Origin: Escherichia phage vB_EcoM_ASO1B
Sequence record: MZ726792.1
Length of the DNA stretch: 64,000 nt
Reading direction: 5' to 3' (one strand)
This document shows, one piece after another, positions 1 to 8,999 of this stretch (position 1 is its first letter; each line of letters begins with the position of its first letter). Below the pieces are notes generated by a model, which was not told the DNA's origin, did not search any database, and saw only the letters and a list, made by a program, of their open reading frames with translations. The position numbers and the translations under genes were made by a program.

Positions 1-2292
1 ATGACACCTGAGATGTTCAGCCTTTTGAGTTCTGGTGTATATACCTTTAAAGAAAGGGCAGTGATTCGTGAACTGTCATGTAACGCAGTAGATGCTCAGA
101 AAGAAGCTGGAAAAGAGAACATCCCATTCCATGTGCATTTACCTACTCGTTTTGAGCCTTACTTCGAAGTTCGTGATTTTGGAACTGGATTGACTCATGA
201 TAAAGTTATGAGTTTGTACCTAAACTATGGAGCTTCTACGAAGAATGACTCTAATGACTACATTGGTGCAATGGGTATCGGCTCAAAGTCACCATTTGCA
301 ATTGCTCAGTCATTCACAGTATCTAGCTATGTTGATGGTGTTGTTAATAAGTACTCTGTTTATCTTGAGAATGGTATCCCTCAAGTAACTAAGCTGACAA
401 CTAACCCAACAAAAGAACCTAATGGTTTAGCTGTACGTGTGGCGGTTGCTGACCACCGTATCTCAAAGTTCTTTGAAGAAGCTGGGAATGTGTACTCATA
501 CTTCACTGTAAAACCAGAAAGTAATATTGAGTACGACGATGTATTAGCAGATATGAACGTCATTGCCCGTGAAGAAGGTGTTTATGATGCCATGATTCAT
601 AAGCACAGCTGGCGTTCTAGTGATAACAGGACAGAGTTTAATGTGGTGATGGGTAACATTGCCTACCCTGTTAACATGGAAGCATTACTTGGTGATGATT
701 TCTTCAAAGTATTGCCAGAATTTTTCCGTAGGAGCGTAGACCTTGTAAACATCTACATGCCTATTGGTTCAGTCGCTATTGCAGCTTCTCGTGAAGCATT
801 GCAGATGAATGACACGACAAAAAATGTTATCATTGAGGCTACTAAAAAGATAACTGAAGCAATTACAAAGGATGTTATCAAGAAAGTTAACAGTCAACCT
901 ACACTCATGGATGCTGCACAGGCTTATGCTGAGTTACGTTTGAACTCACGAGAGATGTTTAATGCTGTGTGTCCAAAGTTAGAGTGGGGAGGCGTTAAGC
1001 TTGATTCTCTGGAAGAAGAATTACTAAACATTCGTCGTGGAATTATCTACGCAGAAGACGGCTCAGTCATTTATGAACGTGACGGTAAAGGTAATATTAA
1101 GGTTGATAGGAACGGAAACAACATCCCTAAAGTAGATTATCTTTATGACCCAGTTGCTTATGTCAAGTTCAACTCTTTAGAGAGTAAGATTCGTGCAACA
1201 GCACTTTCCTACACTCAAGAGGCAAGTATGTTCAATATCTTTGGCGCAATGCGTAAAAGCCAAATTGAACAGTTTTTGTTTGTTATAAATGACCGTCGCA
1301 ATAAAAATGGTACTGAGAAGACTGTAGGACGCAACCAAATCTTGCGTGGTGCATGTCGAGACTATGCCAGTGAGTCAAGTCTGTTTCACAGATACAATGG
1401 TATTGTGTTTGTATTCTCGACTGAAAAAGAGTTAGATGATTTAATCAATCTACATAAACTTGATAAAAGCTTGTTAAAGATTGTGAAAATGTCTGATAAG
1501 GAGCACCATTACCAGCGCAAAGAAGCTGTAAGGGGTGTTGTAAAACTCTGGAAAGCTGTTCCAGCAGAAGGTGTAGCTTCCTATAAAGAGGTTTCAGAGG
1601 ACTTTGATACAATTGAAGAACCTCAGCTTTACATTAAGGCAGTTGGTGACACAGTTGATGGCGAATGTTTTTGCTCATCTCCAGAAGATGTAGCCAAGTC
1701 AGTTGCTAATGTTACAGGGAAGACAGTCTATGTTTTCCGAAAAGCAAATTGGAAAAAGATACCAGAAGACTGGATTGAAGTAGATGAGAAACTCTTGAAC
1801 GACAGCTTAACTGATGTTCATTGGATTAATCATAACAGGTATATGACACGTATCTATATGAATGGTGTCCTTGACCTTACAAGCAGTTGGATTATTGCCA
1901 GAAACTTTACGTTCAATAACAGGAAGATTTCTCGTGGCTATTGCTATTCACGGGATACAAACAAAACTATCTTCCTAGAAGGAAATGAAGATGCTGTAGA
2001 GGCAATGTTCGGTAAAATCCAATACGTTGCTGCACCATTTGCATACACTTATACTATTAGTGTATTGAAAACTTTGAAAGACTGTCTTGACAATGATACA
2101 AAGCTTTACAAGAAAATTAAGAAAGCTGGTGACCGTATGGTCATTAAGGTGACAAACTACCTTTCAAAAAGAAAACAAGAAAACTTCTTGCTTTCTCATT
2201 TAGATTGGAATAAAGTGTCACCCATCGAAGTGAGTAAGTTCTTAGGTTTTGATGTGAAGTGTGTTCCAGAAGGAACTACAGTTTACGATTAA
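1..2292 (+). CDS. rIIA: rIIA-like protein with N-terminal GHKL-type ATPase motifs
   Basis: 763-aa ORF; N-terminal motifs ELSCNAVDA, EVRDFGTGL, GAMGIGSKS resemble GHKL ATPase boxes; lies directly upstream of an rIIB homolog; may start upstream of window. Confidence 0.75.
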   Translation: MTPEMFSLLSSGVYTFKERAVIRELSCNAVDAQKEAGKENIPFHVHLPTRFEPYFEVRDFGTGLTHDKVMSLYLNYGASTKNDSNDYIGAMGIGSKSPFAIAQSFTVSSYVDGVVNKYSVYLENGIPQVTKLTTNPTKEPNGLAVRVAVADHRISKFFEEAGNVYSYFTVKPESNIEYDDVLADMNVIAREEGVYDAMIHKHSWRSSDNRTEFNVVMGNIAYPVNMEALLGDDFFKVLPEFFRRSVDLVNIYMPIGSVAIAASREALQMNDTTKNVIIEATKKITEAITKDVIKKVNSQPTLMDAAQAYAELRLNSREMFNAVCPKLEWGGVKLDSLEEELLNIRRGIIYAEDGSVIYERDGKGNIKVDRNGNNIPKVDYLYDPVAYVKFNSLESKIRATALSYTQEASMFNIFGAMRKSQIEQFLFVINDRRNKNGTEKTVGRNQILRGACRDYASESSLFHRYNGIVFVFSTEKELDDLINLHKLDKSLLKIVKMSDKEHHYQRKEAVRGVVKLWKAVPAEGVASYKEVSEDFDTIEEPQLYIKAVGDTVDGECFCSSPEDVAKSVANVTGKTVYVFRKANWKKIPEDWIEVDEKLLNDSLTDVHWINHNRYMTRIYMNGVLDLTSSWIIARNFTFNNRKISRGYCYSRDTNKTIFLEGNEDAVEAMFGKIQYVAAPFAYTYTISVLKTLKDCLDNDTKLYKKIKKAGDRMVIKVTNYLSKRKQENFLLSHLDWNKVSPIEVSKFLGFDVKCVPEGTTVYD

Positions 2293-2371
2293 AGTGTTTG
2301 ACAAGGGGCTTCAAAGCCCCTTAGAATATCCTCACAAAATGATTTATTAACTAACAAGAGAGAGTAATAAG

Positions 2372-3481
2372 ATGACTACTAAAACTAAAGCACAGATTGA
2401 CGCAGAAATTTACAAACTGGTTAAAGAAGGTAAGCTGACTAAAACAGCTATTGCACAGAAATTTAATACTTCAACCCGTTCAGTCGGTCGTGCTGTAGAG
2501 CGTCATGAAGCAACCTTAAAAGGTAAGAAAAAGGTAGCTTCTAAACCAGCTACGAAGACTTTGAAGCAAGTTGCTAAGACCTTTAAAAAGAAAGCTGACA
2601 AGCCAGTTAAAAAGGTTGTTAAAGATTCTGTACAGAAAGCTCCAGTAAATAAACTGCACGAAGCTATGCAGAAAGATGACAAGATTGAGTACATGATTAC
2701 TGGCGACTCTGTAATTATGACTTACGGTTCAGAATCTGAAATTGTTGAGTCTACTCATCCGAACTATCAAGAGATTGTAGTTCATGTTGTGAAAGGTGAG
2801 TTCAAGAAAGCCTTTGAACTGATGAACATTCGTAAGTCTATCGAAAACTTCACGCAGGGAGCTATCACAATCAAAGGTGATAAGCTATTCTACGGTGCTG
2901 TTGAGATGCGTTCTACTCTGGTTGACCGTATACTTCACATGATGAAGACTGGTGATAAAGGTTTTGAACGACTTGTAATGTTCTTCGAAAAACTGATGGA
3001 AAACCCATCTAAAGATTCTGTAGAACAACTTTGGGGATTCATATCTCACCTTGATGTTGAAATTGATGAAGAAGGCTACATCATTGGTTGGAAGAAAGTC
3101 TCTACTCGTGAAGGCAAGCTGGTTGACTCCCGCACCTGCAAAGTACCTAATGATTTGGGTAACATTGTAGAAATGCCACGTTGGATGGTTGATAATAACC
3201 GTAACGTGACTTGCTCTCAAGGTCTTCACGTTGGTGCTTGGGATTATGTTCGTTACTTCTCAGGTGATACAATTCTGAAGGTTCGTGTCCATCCACGAGA
3301 CGTTGTATCCGTACCAACTGATTACAACGATATGAAGATGCGCTCGTCTCGTTATGAAGTTGCAGCAATCGTTGATAATCAACGTAAAGTACTGAAAGCA
3401 TGGGATGGCAAGACTGAAGCTTTGCATGTCATCGTTGGCACTGCTGGTGAACTTATCTCTCAGCGTAAACGTGAAATCTAA
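2372..3481 (+). CDS. rIIB: rIIB-like protein
   Basis: 369 aa; blocks recalled from T4 rIIB (EMRSTLVDRIL, NPSKDSVEQLW, CSQGLHV, VRVHPRDVVSVPTDYNDMKMR); ATG with purine-rich RBS. Confidence 0.85.
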   Translation: MTTKTKAQIDAEIYKLVKEGKLTKTAIAQKFNTSTRSVGRAVERHEATLKGKKKVASKPATKTLKQVAKTFKKKADKPVKKVVKDSVQKAPVNKLHEAMQKDDKIEYMITGDSVIMTYGSESEIVESTHPNYQEIVVHVVKGEFKKAFELMNIRKSIENFTQGAITIKGDKLFYGAVEMRSTLVDRILHMMKTGDKGFERLVMFFEKLMENPSKDSVEQLWGFISHLDVEIDEEGYIIGWKKVSTREGKLVDSRTCKVPNDLGNIVEMPRWMVDNNRNVTCSQGLHVGAWDYVRYFSGDTILKVRVHPRDVVSVPTDYNDMKMRSSRYEVAAIVDNQRKVLKAWDGKTEALHVIVGTAGELISQRKREI

Positions 3482-3498
3482 TAAGTAATTTCTTAAAA

Positions 3499-3521
3499 GG
3501 CTGCTTCGGCGGCCTTTTTTT
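3499..3521 (+). terminator. rho-independent terminator after rIIB
   Basis: GGCTGC-TTCG-GCGGCC hairpin followed by T7 run. Confidence 0.7.
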
Positions 3522-3582
3522 ATTTGTATTTTGTGCAGAGTGCTGTATAATTGTTGTCACGATAAACTAAACAGGAGAACCA

Positions 3583-4131
3583 ATGAAGAAATTGATTCTA
3601 GGTTTGTGCTTAATGCTTACAGCACACTTATCTTATGCAGTTGACTGCCCAGAGCTATCAATTAGCCAAAAAGTAAACATGTTAAAAGCTTACCAGTATG
3701 GTGAGAACAACATGGGTAAAGGTTGGGGTATCACTCTAGCTGCTATAGCCTTACAAGAGTCAGAGTTAGGTCTGAAGGTAGAGAATAAAAAGACACATGA
3801 TTATGGTATTTTCCAGAATCACTTGAAGACTGTTGTAAAGCGTAACAAAATTAGTCCTAATGTGGCTAAAAAGAAACTCTTAAAAGACTTTAACTATGCT
3901 GCGAAGGAAACTCACAAAGAGCTTGAGTTTTGGACAAAGGTGCATGGTCAGCCAAAGTCAAAGAAGACTTTACAAAAAGTTTTAGCATCATATAATGCTG
4001 GGTATTCGTACAAAATCCCTAAAGCTAAGAAATATTCTCAAGATGTCTATAACAACATGAAAGTCATTGCTCAATGTGAATTTGCAACAAACATTTCTAA
4101 GGTAAACCATGAAAAAATTAAAAAAGTCTGA
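3583..4131 (+). CDS. secreted lytic transglycosylase (SLT-domain) protein
   Basis: N-terminal signal peptide MKKLILGLCLMLTAHLSYA; SLT-like motifs ALQESELG, GIFQ, YNAGY; RBS AGGAG. Confidence 0.55.
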   Translation: MKKLILGLCLMLTAHLSYAVDCPELSISQKVNMLKAYQYGENNMGKGWGITLAAIALQESELGLKVENKKTHDYGIFQNHLKTVVKRNKISPNVAKKKLLKDFNYAAKETHKELEFWTKVHGQPKSKKTLQKVLASYNAGYSYKIPKAKKYSQDVYNNMKVIAQCEFATNISKVNHEKIKKV

Positions 4132-4804
4132 TGAAGTGCTGTGTCATGCTTACGACTTACATCCTCATGAGTTAGGTCTTGATTCCTGTGTATGGACTCC
4201 AGAACAGTGTAGGGATTTTGAAGACACTGCAAGAGAAGTTGTATGTTCACTCGAAGAGTTCCACACATCAGAGCCAATTGTGAATGTTGTAGATAAAGAG
4301 ACTGGACAAACTATAGGTGTAAGTCGTGATAGCTTAGTCATAGTCAATAAAGACCTTGTAGAAAAAGGTAACCTCATCTTAGCAGATATTGATGGTGTTC
4401 TTACAAATTTTAATCACGAAGATTGCTCAACGGAATTGACTGATGGGTCATTCTCACAGTACACTAATCTTCTTGACTCTGTAAGAGCAAAACCAACGTA
4501 TGTCTTTAGTATTATTGATGCAATTGCTAATCATGCTGCCATTGGACTCTTGACAGCGAGAGGTGAATCTCAGAGAATACCTACTGAGATGTTTTTAAGG
4601 CACAATATAGAGCATGATTACTTGCTTTTTATGCGTGGTTTTGGAACTAACTCTATAAGTGTAGAAAGTTTGAAAGTGAGGATGATTCAGTCTTGCATCC
4701 TGCCTTACTTTAATATAGTATGTTTTATAGAAGACACAGAGAAGAATGTGCAGAAGGTGAACAGAATCCTTCCACACATTAAAACCATGTTAGTTAAACA
4801 TTGA
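4109..4804 (+). CDS. HAD-like hydrolase (putative phosphatase or nucleotidase)
   Basis: 231 aa; motif LILADIDGVLTNF fits HAD motif I (DxDG[TV]L); overlaps previous stop by 23 nt. Confidence 0.35.
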   Translation: MKKLKKSDEVLCHAYDLHPHELGLDSCVWTPEQCRDFEDTAREVVCSLEEFHTSEPIVNVVDKETGQTIGVSRDSLVIVNKDLVEKGNLILADIDGVLTNFNHEDCSTELTDGSFSQYTNLLDSVRAKPTYVFSIIDAIANHAAIGLLTARGESQRIPTEMFLRHNIEHDYLLFMRGFGTNSISVESLKVRMIQSCILPYFNIVCFIEDTEKNVQKVNRILPHIKTMLVKH

Positions 4805-4814
4805 GAGAAAACTT

Positions 4815-5279
4815 ATGAACAATATCATTACGGTAGCACTGGACGATACGGTAAACAAATCTGCAATAGTTCGTAAAATGATTCAAGGTAACTTTGAAGG
4901 TAAAATTTTTCGTGCTGTTAATGTAAAAGCTGATGGCAGCATTCGTGAATATCGTGCATTATTGAATGTTAAAAAACACGTAAAAGGTGCTGGTTCAACT
5001 ACTGCACACAAAGAAAACCTGATGACTATCTATGATATGGGCAAGGCTTCAGAGTTAGGTGCTGAAGGTATCGTTAAAGAAGGTGCTCCGTATCGCTCTT
5101 TCAATCTGGAAACTACTCTTATGCTTTCCTTTACAAGTGGTTCTAAAACAATCACTTATCTCTTTACTGATGCTGCAACGGTATCTGCTATTAAGGATAG
5201 CACTGTCAAAGCTGGCGTAGTTGCTGCTGCAAAAGCTTCTTCGATGGCTGCGAATATCCTTGCTAAAGTCCTCGGTTAA
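4815..5279 (+). CDS. hypothetical protein
   Basis: 154-aa ORF, ATG start, followed by strong terminator. Confidence 0.55.
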   Translation: MNNIITVALDDTVNKSAIVRKMIQGNFEGKIFRAVNVKADGSIREYRALLNVKKHVKGAGSTTAHKENLMTIYDMGKASELGAEGIVKEGAPYRSFNLETTLMLSFTSGSKTITYLFTDAATVSAIKDSTVKAGVVAAAKASSMAANILAKVLG

Positions 5280-5291
5280 GGTTAAGATACA

Positions 5292-5312
5292 GGCTCCTTC
5301 GGGAGCCTTTTT
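5292..5312 (+). terminator. rho-independent terminator
   Basis: GGCTCC-TTCG-GGAGCC hairpin followed by T-run. Confidence 0.7.
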
Positions 5313-5331
5313 CATTTTAGGAGATTGTTAA

Positions 5332-5679
5332 ATGACATTTAAAGAGTTCTGTCAAGCTACTTTCATAATTGTTTTCTTAGTTGGTGCAGGTGTCTGGGGA
5401 GGATACTCTTACAGAGACTATCAAGTTGCTGAAACTGAGCTAAATAATGAGAAACTAATAAGTGTTGCTAAAGATGCTTATCAGGAAGGTTTAGCCACAC
5501 TCAGCACCAATTACAAAAATGATTTGAAAGATGTGCTTGCTAAGAATAAGCATACAAAAGAGGTACTAACATATGAAAAAACTAAGCCAGAGTTTTATAA
5601 TGTTTGTGTTACTGATAACTATGTCAGGGTGTTCAACGAACAAAGTGAGCAGTACATTCAAAAACTCCCAAGTAAGTGA
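5332..5679 (+). CDS. putative i-spanin (N-terminal TM helix, periplasmic coiled-coil)
   Basis: 115 aa; hydrophobic FIIVFLVGAGVWGG near N-terminus then charged helical region; RBS AGGAG; overlapped by lipoprotein ORF in another frame. Confidence 0.4.
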   Translation: MTFKEFCQATFIIVFLVGAGVWGGYSYRDYQVAETELNNEKLISVAKDAYQEGLATLSTNYKNDLKDVLAKNKHTKEVLTYEKTKPEFYNVCVTDNYVRVFNEQSEQYIQKLPSK

Positions 5680-5842
5680 GGGTGATAAGTACACCCAAGA
5701 AGAATCACGGTATATCATCAAAGGCAACACAGGCAGCGATGTAGCAGCAGCCCTTGAGTTCTATCGTGACGGCTTTTACCAGTGCACAATCAAAGCTAAC
5801 AACCTTATTGACATGATTTTATTAGGGAATAAGCAGCAATGA
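5573..5842 (+). CDS. putative o-spanin lipoprotein (overlapped architecture)
   Basis: 89 aa; signal plus lipobox-like ITMSGC; starts inside 3' end of preceding ORF in +1 frame; RBS AAAGAGG. Confidence 0.4.
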   Translation: MKKLSQSFIMFVLLITMSGCSTNKVSSTFKNSQVSEGDKYTQEESRYIIKGNTGSDVAAALEFYRDGFYQCTIKANNLIDMILLGNKQQ

Positions 5843-6108
5843 CAGAGAATCAAGATACTTTTTACGTAGAAGGGTACTTACTGTTACCACGACCAAAAGA
5901 GACTTATATGCGAATTGATTTCTCACCAACCATTATGGATAATGTGATGTGCCATATCTTTATGCAAGGTGTCACAGCACAGCTTAAACATGTTGGTAAA
6001 GAGTGCAAAATAAAGGTTGACACTCATCCAGAAATCAAAGAGAATCACTACACATGGTTCTTACCAGATTCTAAAGAAATCTTAGCAGTTCTTAAAACGA
6101 GGAAGTAG
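5839..6108 (+). CDS. hypothetical protein
   Basis: 89-aa ORF, ATG overlapping upstream stop (translational coupling). Confidence 0.5.
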   Translation: MTENQDTFYVEGYLLLPRPKETYMRIDFSPTIMDNVMCHIFMQGVTAQLKHVGKECKIKVDTHPEIKENHYTWFLPDSKEILAVLKTRK

Positions 6109-6110
6109 CT

Positions 6111-6437
6111 ATGCAGATTAATGGAAGAGACTTTGTAGCCGTTTACTATGATAACAATAAAGAAGTTGGTGTAGCACAGGTAACCTATGGCAATGGTAAG
6201 TGGCTATATGGAACAATCGCAGTAGTAGGAACAAGAAGTGATACAAAAACTTTTAAAGATTGTGTTGACCTTCTTGAAGAATCCATCCACAATCATTGGT
6301 GTCTGATATGGATGACTGATAACGAAGTGATGGAGCGTTTCAAAAAGATTGATATCAACATTGACAGTATTGAGCATGTTGATTTATATGAACTAACTGA
6401 GAAGGTAAACTATGAAAGTAATACTAGCCAGAGATAA
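6111..6437 (+). CDS. hypothetical protein
   Basis: 108-aa ORF, tightly packed after previous gene. Confidence 0.5.
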   Translation: MQINGRDFVAVYYDNNKEVGVAQVTYGNGKWLYGTIAVVGTRSDTKTFKDCVDLLEESIHNHWCLIWMTDNEVMERFKKIDINIDSIEHVDLYELTEKVNYESNTSQR

Positions 6438-6639
6438 AAAGACACGAAAACTTATAAGGTCAGCAGTATTCATTGGACGAAATGAGGTCATCCCATTTAC
6501 AGCAAATGATGTGATAGCTTACAGGAAGAACTTAGTATTCACTGACTGCTTACGTGGCTTCATCTCTGAACCATTGGAAGACTTTAAAAGTCGTTGTGGT
6601 AAAGGTATCATCATTCAAGAGGCAATTATTCATGGCTGA
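6412..6639 (+). CDS. hypothetical protein
   Basis: 75-aa ORF overlapping neighbours. Confidence 0.45.
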   Translation: MKVILARDKKTRKLIRSAVFIGRNEVIPFTANDVIAYRKNLVFTDCLRGFISEPLEDFKSRCGKGIIIQEAIIHG

Positions 6640-6832
6640 CTTCTGTAAAGACTGTTCTATCGAAATGTTCGGACGTGATACAGGTGACTTAAAAGGTCTT
6701 ATCACTGAAGATGATTTTAAAGCTGGTTATGCAATGCCAGTAATCTGTGAAGGTTGTGGGTGCATCTGGGTAGACCATGAGGGGCAACGTGTAAAACCTT
6801 CAGAAGATAAAGAATCTTGGGAGAGATGCTAA
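6632..6832 (+). CDS. small Cys-rich (zinc-ribbon-like) protein
   Basis: CKDCS...CEGCGC pattern; ORF track begins at 6554 but ATG at 6632 abuts upstream stop. Confidence 0.45.
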   Translation: MADFCKDCSIEMFGRDTGDLKGLITEDDFKAGYAMPVICEGCGCIWVDHEGQRVKPSEDKESWERC

Positions 6833-7618
6833 ATGGGTATTGTAAAAATCATCAATGGTGATATCTTTGCTGCATTTGATAAAGGTAAGTTTGACATCAT
6901 TGGTCATGGTTGTAACTGCATGAACCTAATGGGCGCAGGTATCGCTGACAAGATTTCTAAACTTTACCCAAAAGCATATGAGACCGATACAGAAGTTTAT
7001 CTCTATGCAGGTGGTATAGGTCACAAACCCTGTGAGAATTTACTAGGTAATTTCTCTGTAGCACGCTTAAAACAAGGTCGTATAGCTAACCTTTACACTC
7101 AGCTTAAGACTGGTAAAGATGCCCGATACAGTGCTTTAGAGTCATCTTTGAAGCAACTTAACAGATACTGTGAAGTTAATCAGTTGAAGAAAGTTGGTTT
7201 ACCTATGATTGGTGCAGGTATCGGTGAACTTGACCCTCAAGCCGTCACAGTTATCATCAATCAGGTGATGAAGAGTGTAGATGTTTATCTATATGTCTAT
7301 GAAGGAGAGATGTACCACAAGTTACTCTCAGGTTGGAAGAACTACTGTGAACCAGAATACTTTGCAGGTGTAGCAGTGTTCACAGATAACGCAGTTACCC
7401 TCTTCAGACGAAGAAAAGGTAAGATACATCAAAGTAACCCTCCGGTTGAAAAGATGTCTCTAAGTAACGCTCTAGTTACCCACCTGTCAAAGAGCAATCA
7501 CAGAATTGCTGTAACATTTGGTAGTGATGCAGAAGCTTATATCTATGCAAGAACTGATGAGGATATTGAGGCAATCTTCTCTTCACCAGAAGTTACCTTC
7601 TTAGACGCAAAGAACTAA
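6833..7618 (+). CDS. macro-domain protein (putative ADP-ribose processing enzyme)
   Basis: 261 aa; N-terminal GDIF...DIIGHGCNCMNLMGAGIA and later GLPMIGAGIGELDP resemble macro-domain glycine-rich boxes. Confidence 0.55.
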   Translation: MGIVKIINGDIFAAFDKGKFDIIGHGCNCMNLMGAGIADKISKLYPKAYETDTEVYLYAGGIGHKPCENLLGNFSVARLKQGRIANLYTQLKTGKDARYSALESSLKQLNRYCEVNQLKKVGLPMIGAGIGELDPQAVTVIINQVMKSVDVYLYVYEGEMYHKLLSGWKNYCEPEYFAGVAVFTDNAVTLFRRRKGKIHQSNPPVEKMSLSNALVTHLSKSNHRIAVTFGSDAEAYIYARTDEDIEAIFSSPEVTFLDAKN

Positions 7619-7686
7619 GAAACTCTGTAGGATATTCACAATAGCCTAAGCCTTTCTTATCTGGTAAATTTTTCAGGTAAGGAGGG

Positions 7687-7873
7687 CTTTTTCATTTCAG
7701 ATTTGTGCAGGTAGAGTTCTGTAGAGAAATCTATAGAGAAAATTTTGAACTCCAAAGAGAAAATTCATTTTCAAACTGTGCAGGTAATCTCCAAAGAGCT
7801 TTTTCATTTTCAAAACGTGCAGACCCCGCTCAGGTCGGGCAAGAAAAATCATTTTAGAATTGTGCAGGTAGGT
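7687..7873. repeat. four direct repeats of ~25 bp (TTTCATTTyCArAwyTGTGCAGGTA)
   Basis: copies near 7687, 7765, 7798, 7848 in a non-coding stretch. Confidence 0.7.
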
Positions 7874-7885
7874 TTTTATAGACAG

Positions 7886-7927
7886 CCAGCCCAACCCCTC
7901 TCCCCCTCTTACTCCCCCTCTCCCAAA
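7886..7927. repeat. C-rich tract (G-rich on minus strand, G-quadruplex-capable)
   Basis: CCAGCCCAACCCCTCTCCCCCTCTTACTCCCCCTCTCCC in an AT-rich genome. Confidence 0.6.
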
Positions 7928-8046
7928 AAGTCAAGAGAAAAATTTGTAGCGGATTGAAAAATAATTCTTGATTTGCGTTCTGTTTTGTGGTAGTCGTGCG
8001 CACCCGTTTCATTACAGTTTTGCCAAAAATATTTTTAAAATTTTTA

Positions 8047-8138
8047 TTGACTCTTTGAACGTGGTTATCTAATATTTACATCAACGGGGAGGGAATGACC
8101 TTCCCCACTAAATAAAATCCTAAACTGGAGATTCAAAA
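8047..8138 (+). promoter_or_regulatory. PeSL-like cassette: sigma70-like promoter (TTGACT-17-TAATAT) + 5' leader hairpin + SD
   Basis: -35 8047-8052, -10 8070-8075; hairpin GGGGAGGG-AATGA-CCTTCCCC 8086-8106; SD GGAG before ATG 8139. Confidence 0.65.
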
Positions 8139-8327
8139 ATGGCATCAAGAAAAATTAAAGTTGGCGATGAGGTTAACATTAAGCACGAATACTCTTACAA
8201 AATGCTAACTATACGCTCTTATAAGGTTTATCAGGTGGAAGCTATCCACAAAGATAATACTTTTTCCTTAAAAGGGTATAGCGAACGTTTCCCTGCTGAA
8301 CTCTTTGAGAAATGGAGCGCGAAATAA
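8139..8327 (+). CDS. hypothetical small protein
   Basis: 62-aa ORF immediately after PeSL-like cassette. Confidence 0.5.
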   Translation: MASRKIKVGDEVNIKHEYSYKMLTIRSYKVYQVEAIHKDNTFSLKGYSERFPAELFEKWSAK

Positions 8328-8533
8328 TGCTTTACAGTCGTGAATTGATGGTTACAACTAACGTTAACACAAAGGTAAAACGTTTTTACATGCAAATTTG
8401 TGGCGTATGGTCTAGAATATCAGAAGCTGACTATTGCAACTATGTAGAAACAGCTATAAACTCTAATTGCTACCTTACAAGAAATACTAAGAATTTTACA
8501 AGGCAAACAGCGATTTACTATTACGATAAATAA
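8312..8533 (+). CDS. hypothetical small protein
   Basis: 73-aa ORF overlapping previous stop; alternative start at internal Met possible. Confidence 0.4.
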   Translation: MEREIMLYSRELMVTTNVNTKVKRFYMQICGVWSRISEADYCNYVETAINSNCYLTRNTKNFTRQTAIYYYDK

Positions 8534-8620
8534 AAGTACTTTACAAGGGGCTTATAGTTCGATAAAGTAAGCCTCAGATAAAGAGCTTTACCACTCAATC
8601 CTAAATTGGAGAACTTAAAA
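8531..8620 (+). promoter_or_regulatory. type-II intergenic cassette (CTTTACA + conserved hairpin + AGATAAAGAGCTTTAC + SD)
   Basis: hairpin GGGGCTTA...TAAGCCTC 8547-8575; one of six related copies. Confidence 0.6.
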
Positions 8621-8914
8621 ATGGCTATTATCAAAAACGTTGTAATTACTGCAAAGACTCGTGATGACGCTCGCGTTATGGCTAAAAAGTTATGCGGGAA
8701 AGTGGTTGACAATGGAAAACAATCTGCTGTAAGGTGGGGCGTGAAGGTTGATAAACAGTTGAAGTTAAAAAATTCACCGATAAACCTTTTTACATGTGTA
8801 AACACTATCGGGAAGACAAATGTATACACGAAAAAGGCATACATTAGACGCGTAGCATTAACATCCCCCATTCGTACAATGAGAAGTTATGCAAAGCTGA
8901 AAATTAACAAATAA
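8621..8914 (+). CDS. hypothetical protein
   Basis: ORF-track start 8606 is TTG; ATG at 8621 has SD TGGAG. Confidence 0.5.
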   Translation: MAIIKNVVITAKTRDDARVMAKKLCGKVVDNGKQSAVRWGVKVDKQLKLKNSPINLFTCVNTIGKTNVYTKKAYIRRVALTSPIRTMRSYAKLKINK

Positions 8915-8999
8915 AGTACTTTACAGGGGGCTTAAAAGCTGATACCTTAAGCCCCAGATAAAGAGCTTTACCACTAAATCCTAAACTGGAGATTCAAAA
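8913..8999 (+). promoter_or_regulatory. type-II intergenic cassette
   Basis: hairpin GGGGGCTTAA...TTAAGCCCC 8926-8955 with covarying stem; SD before ATG 9000. Confidence 0.6.
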
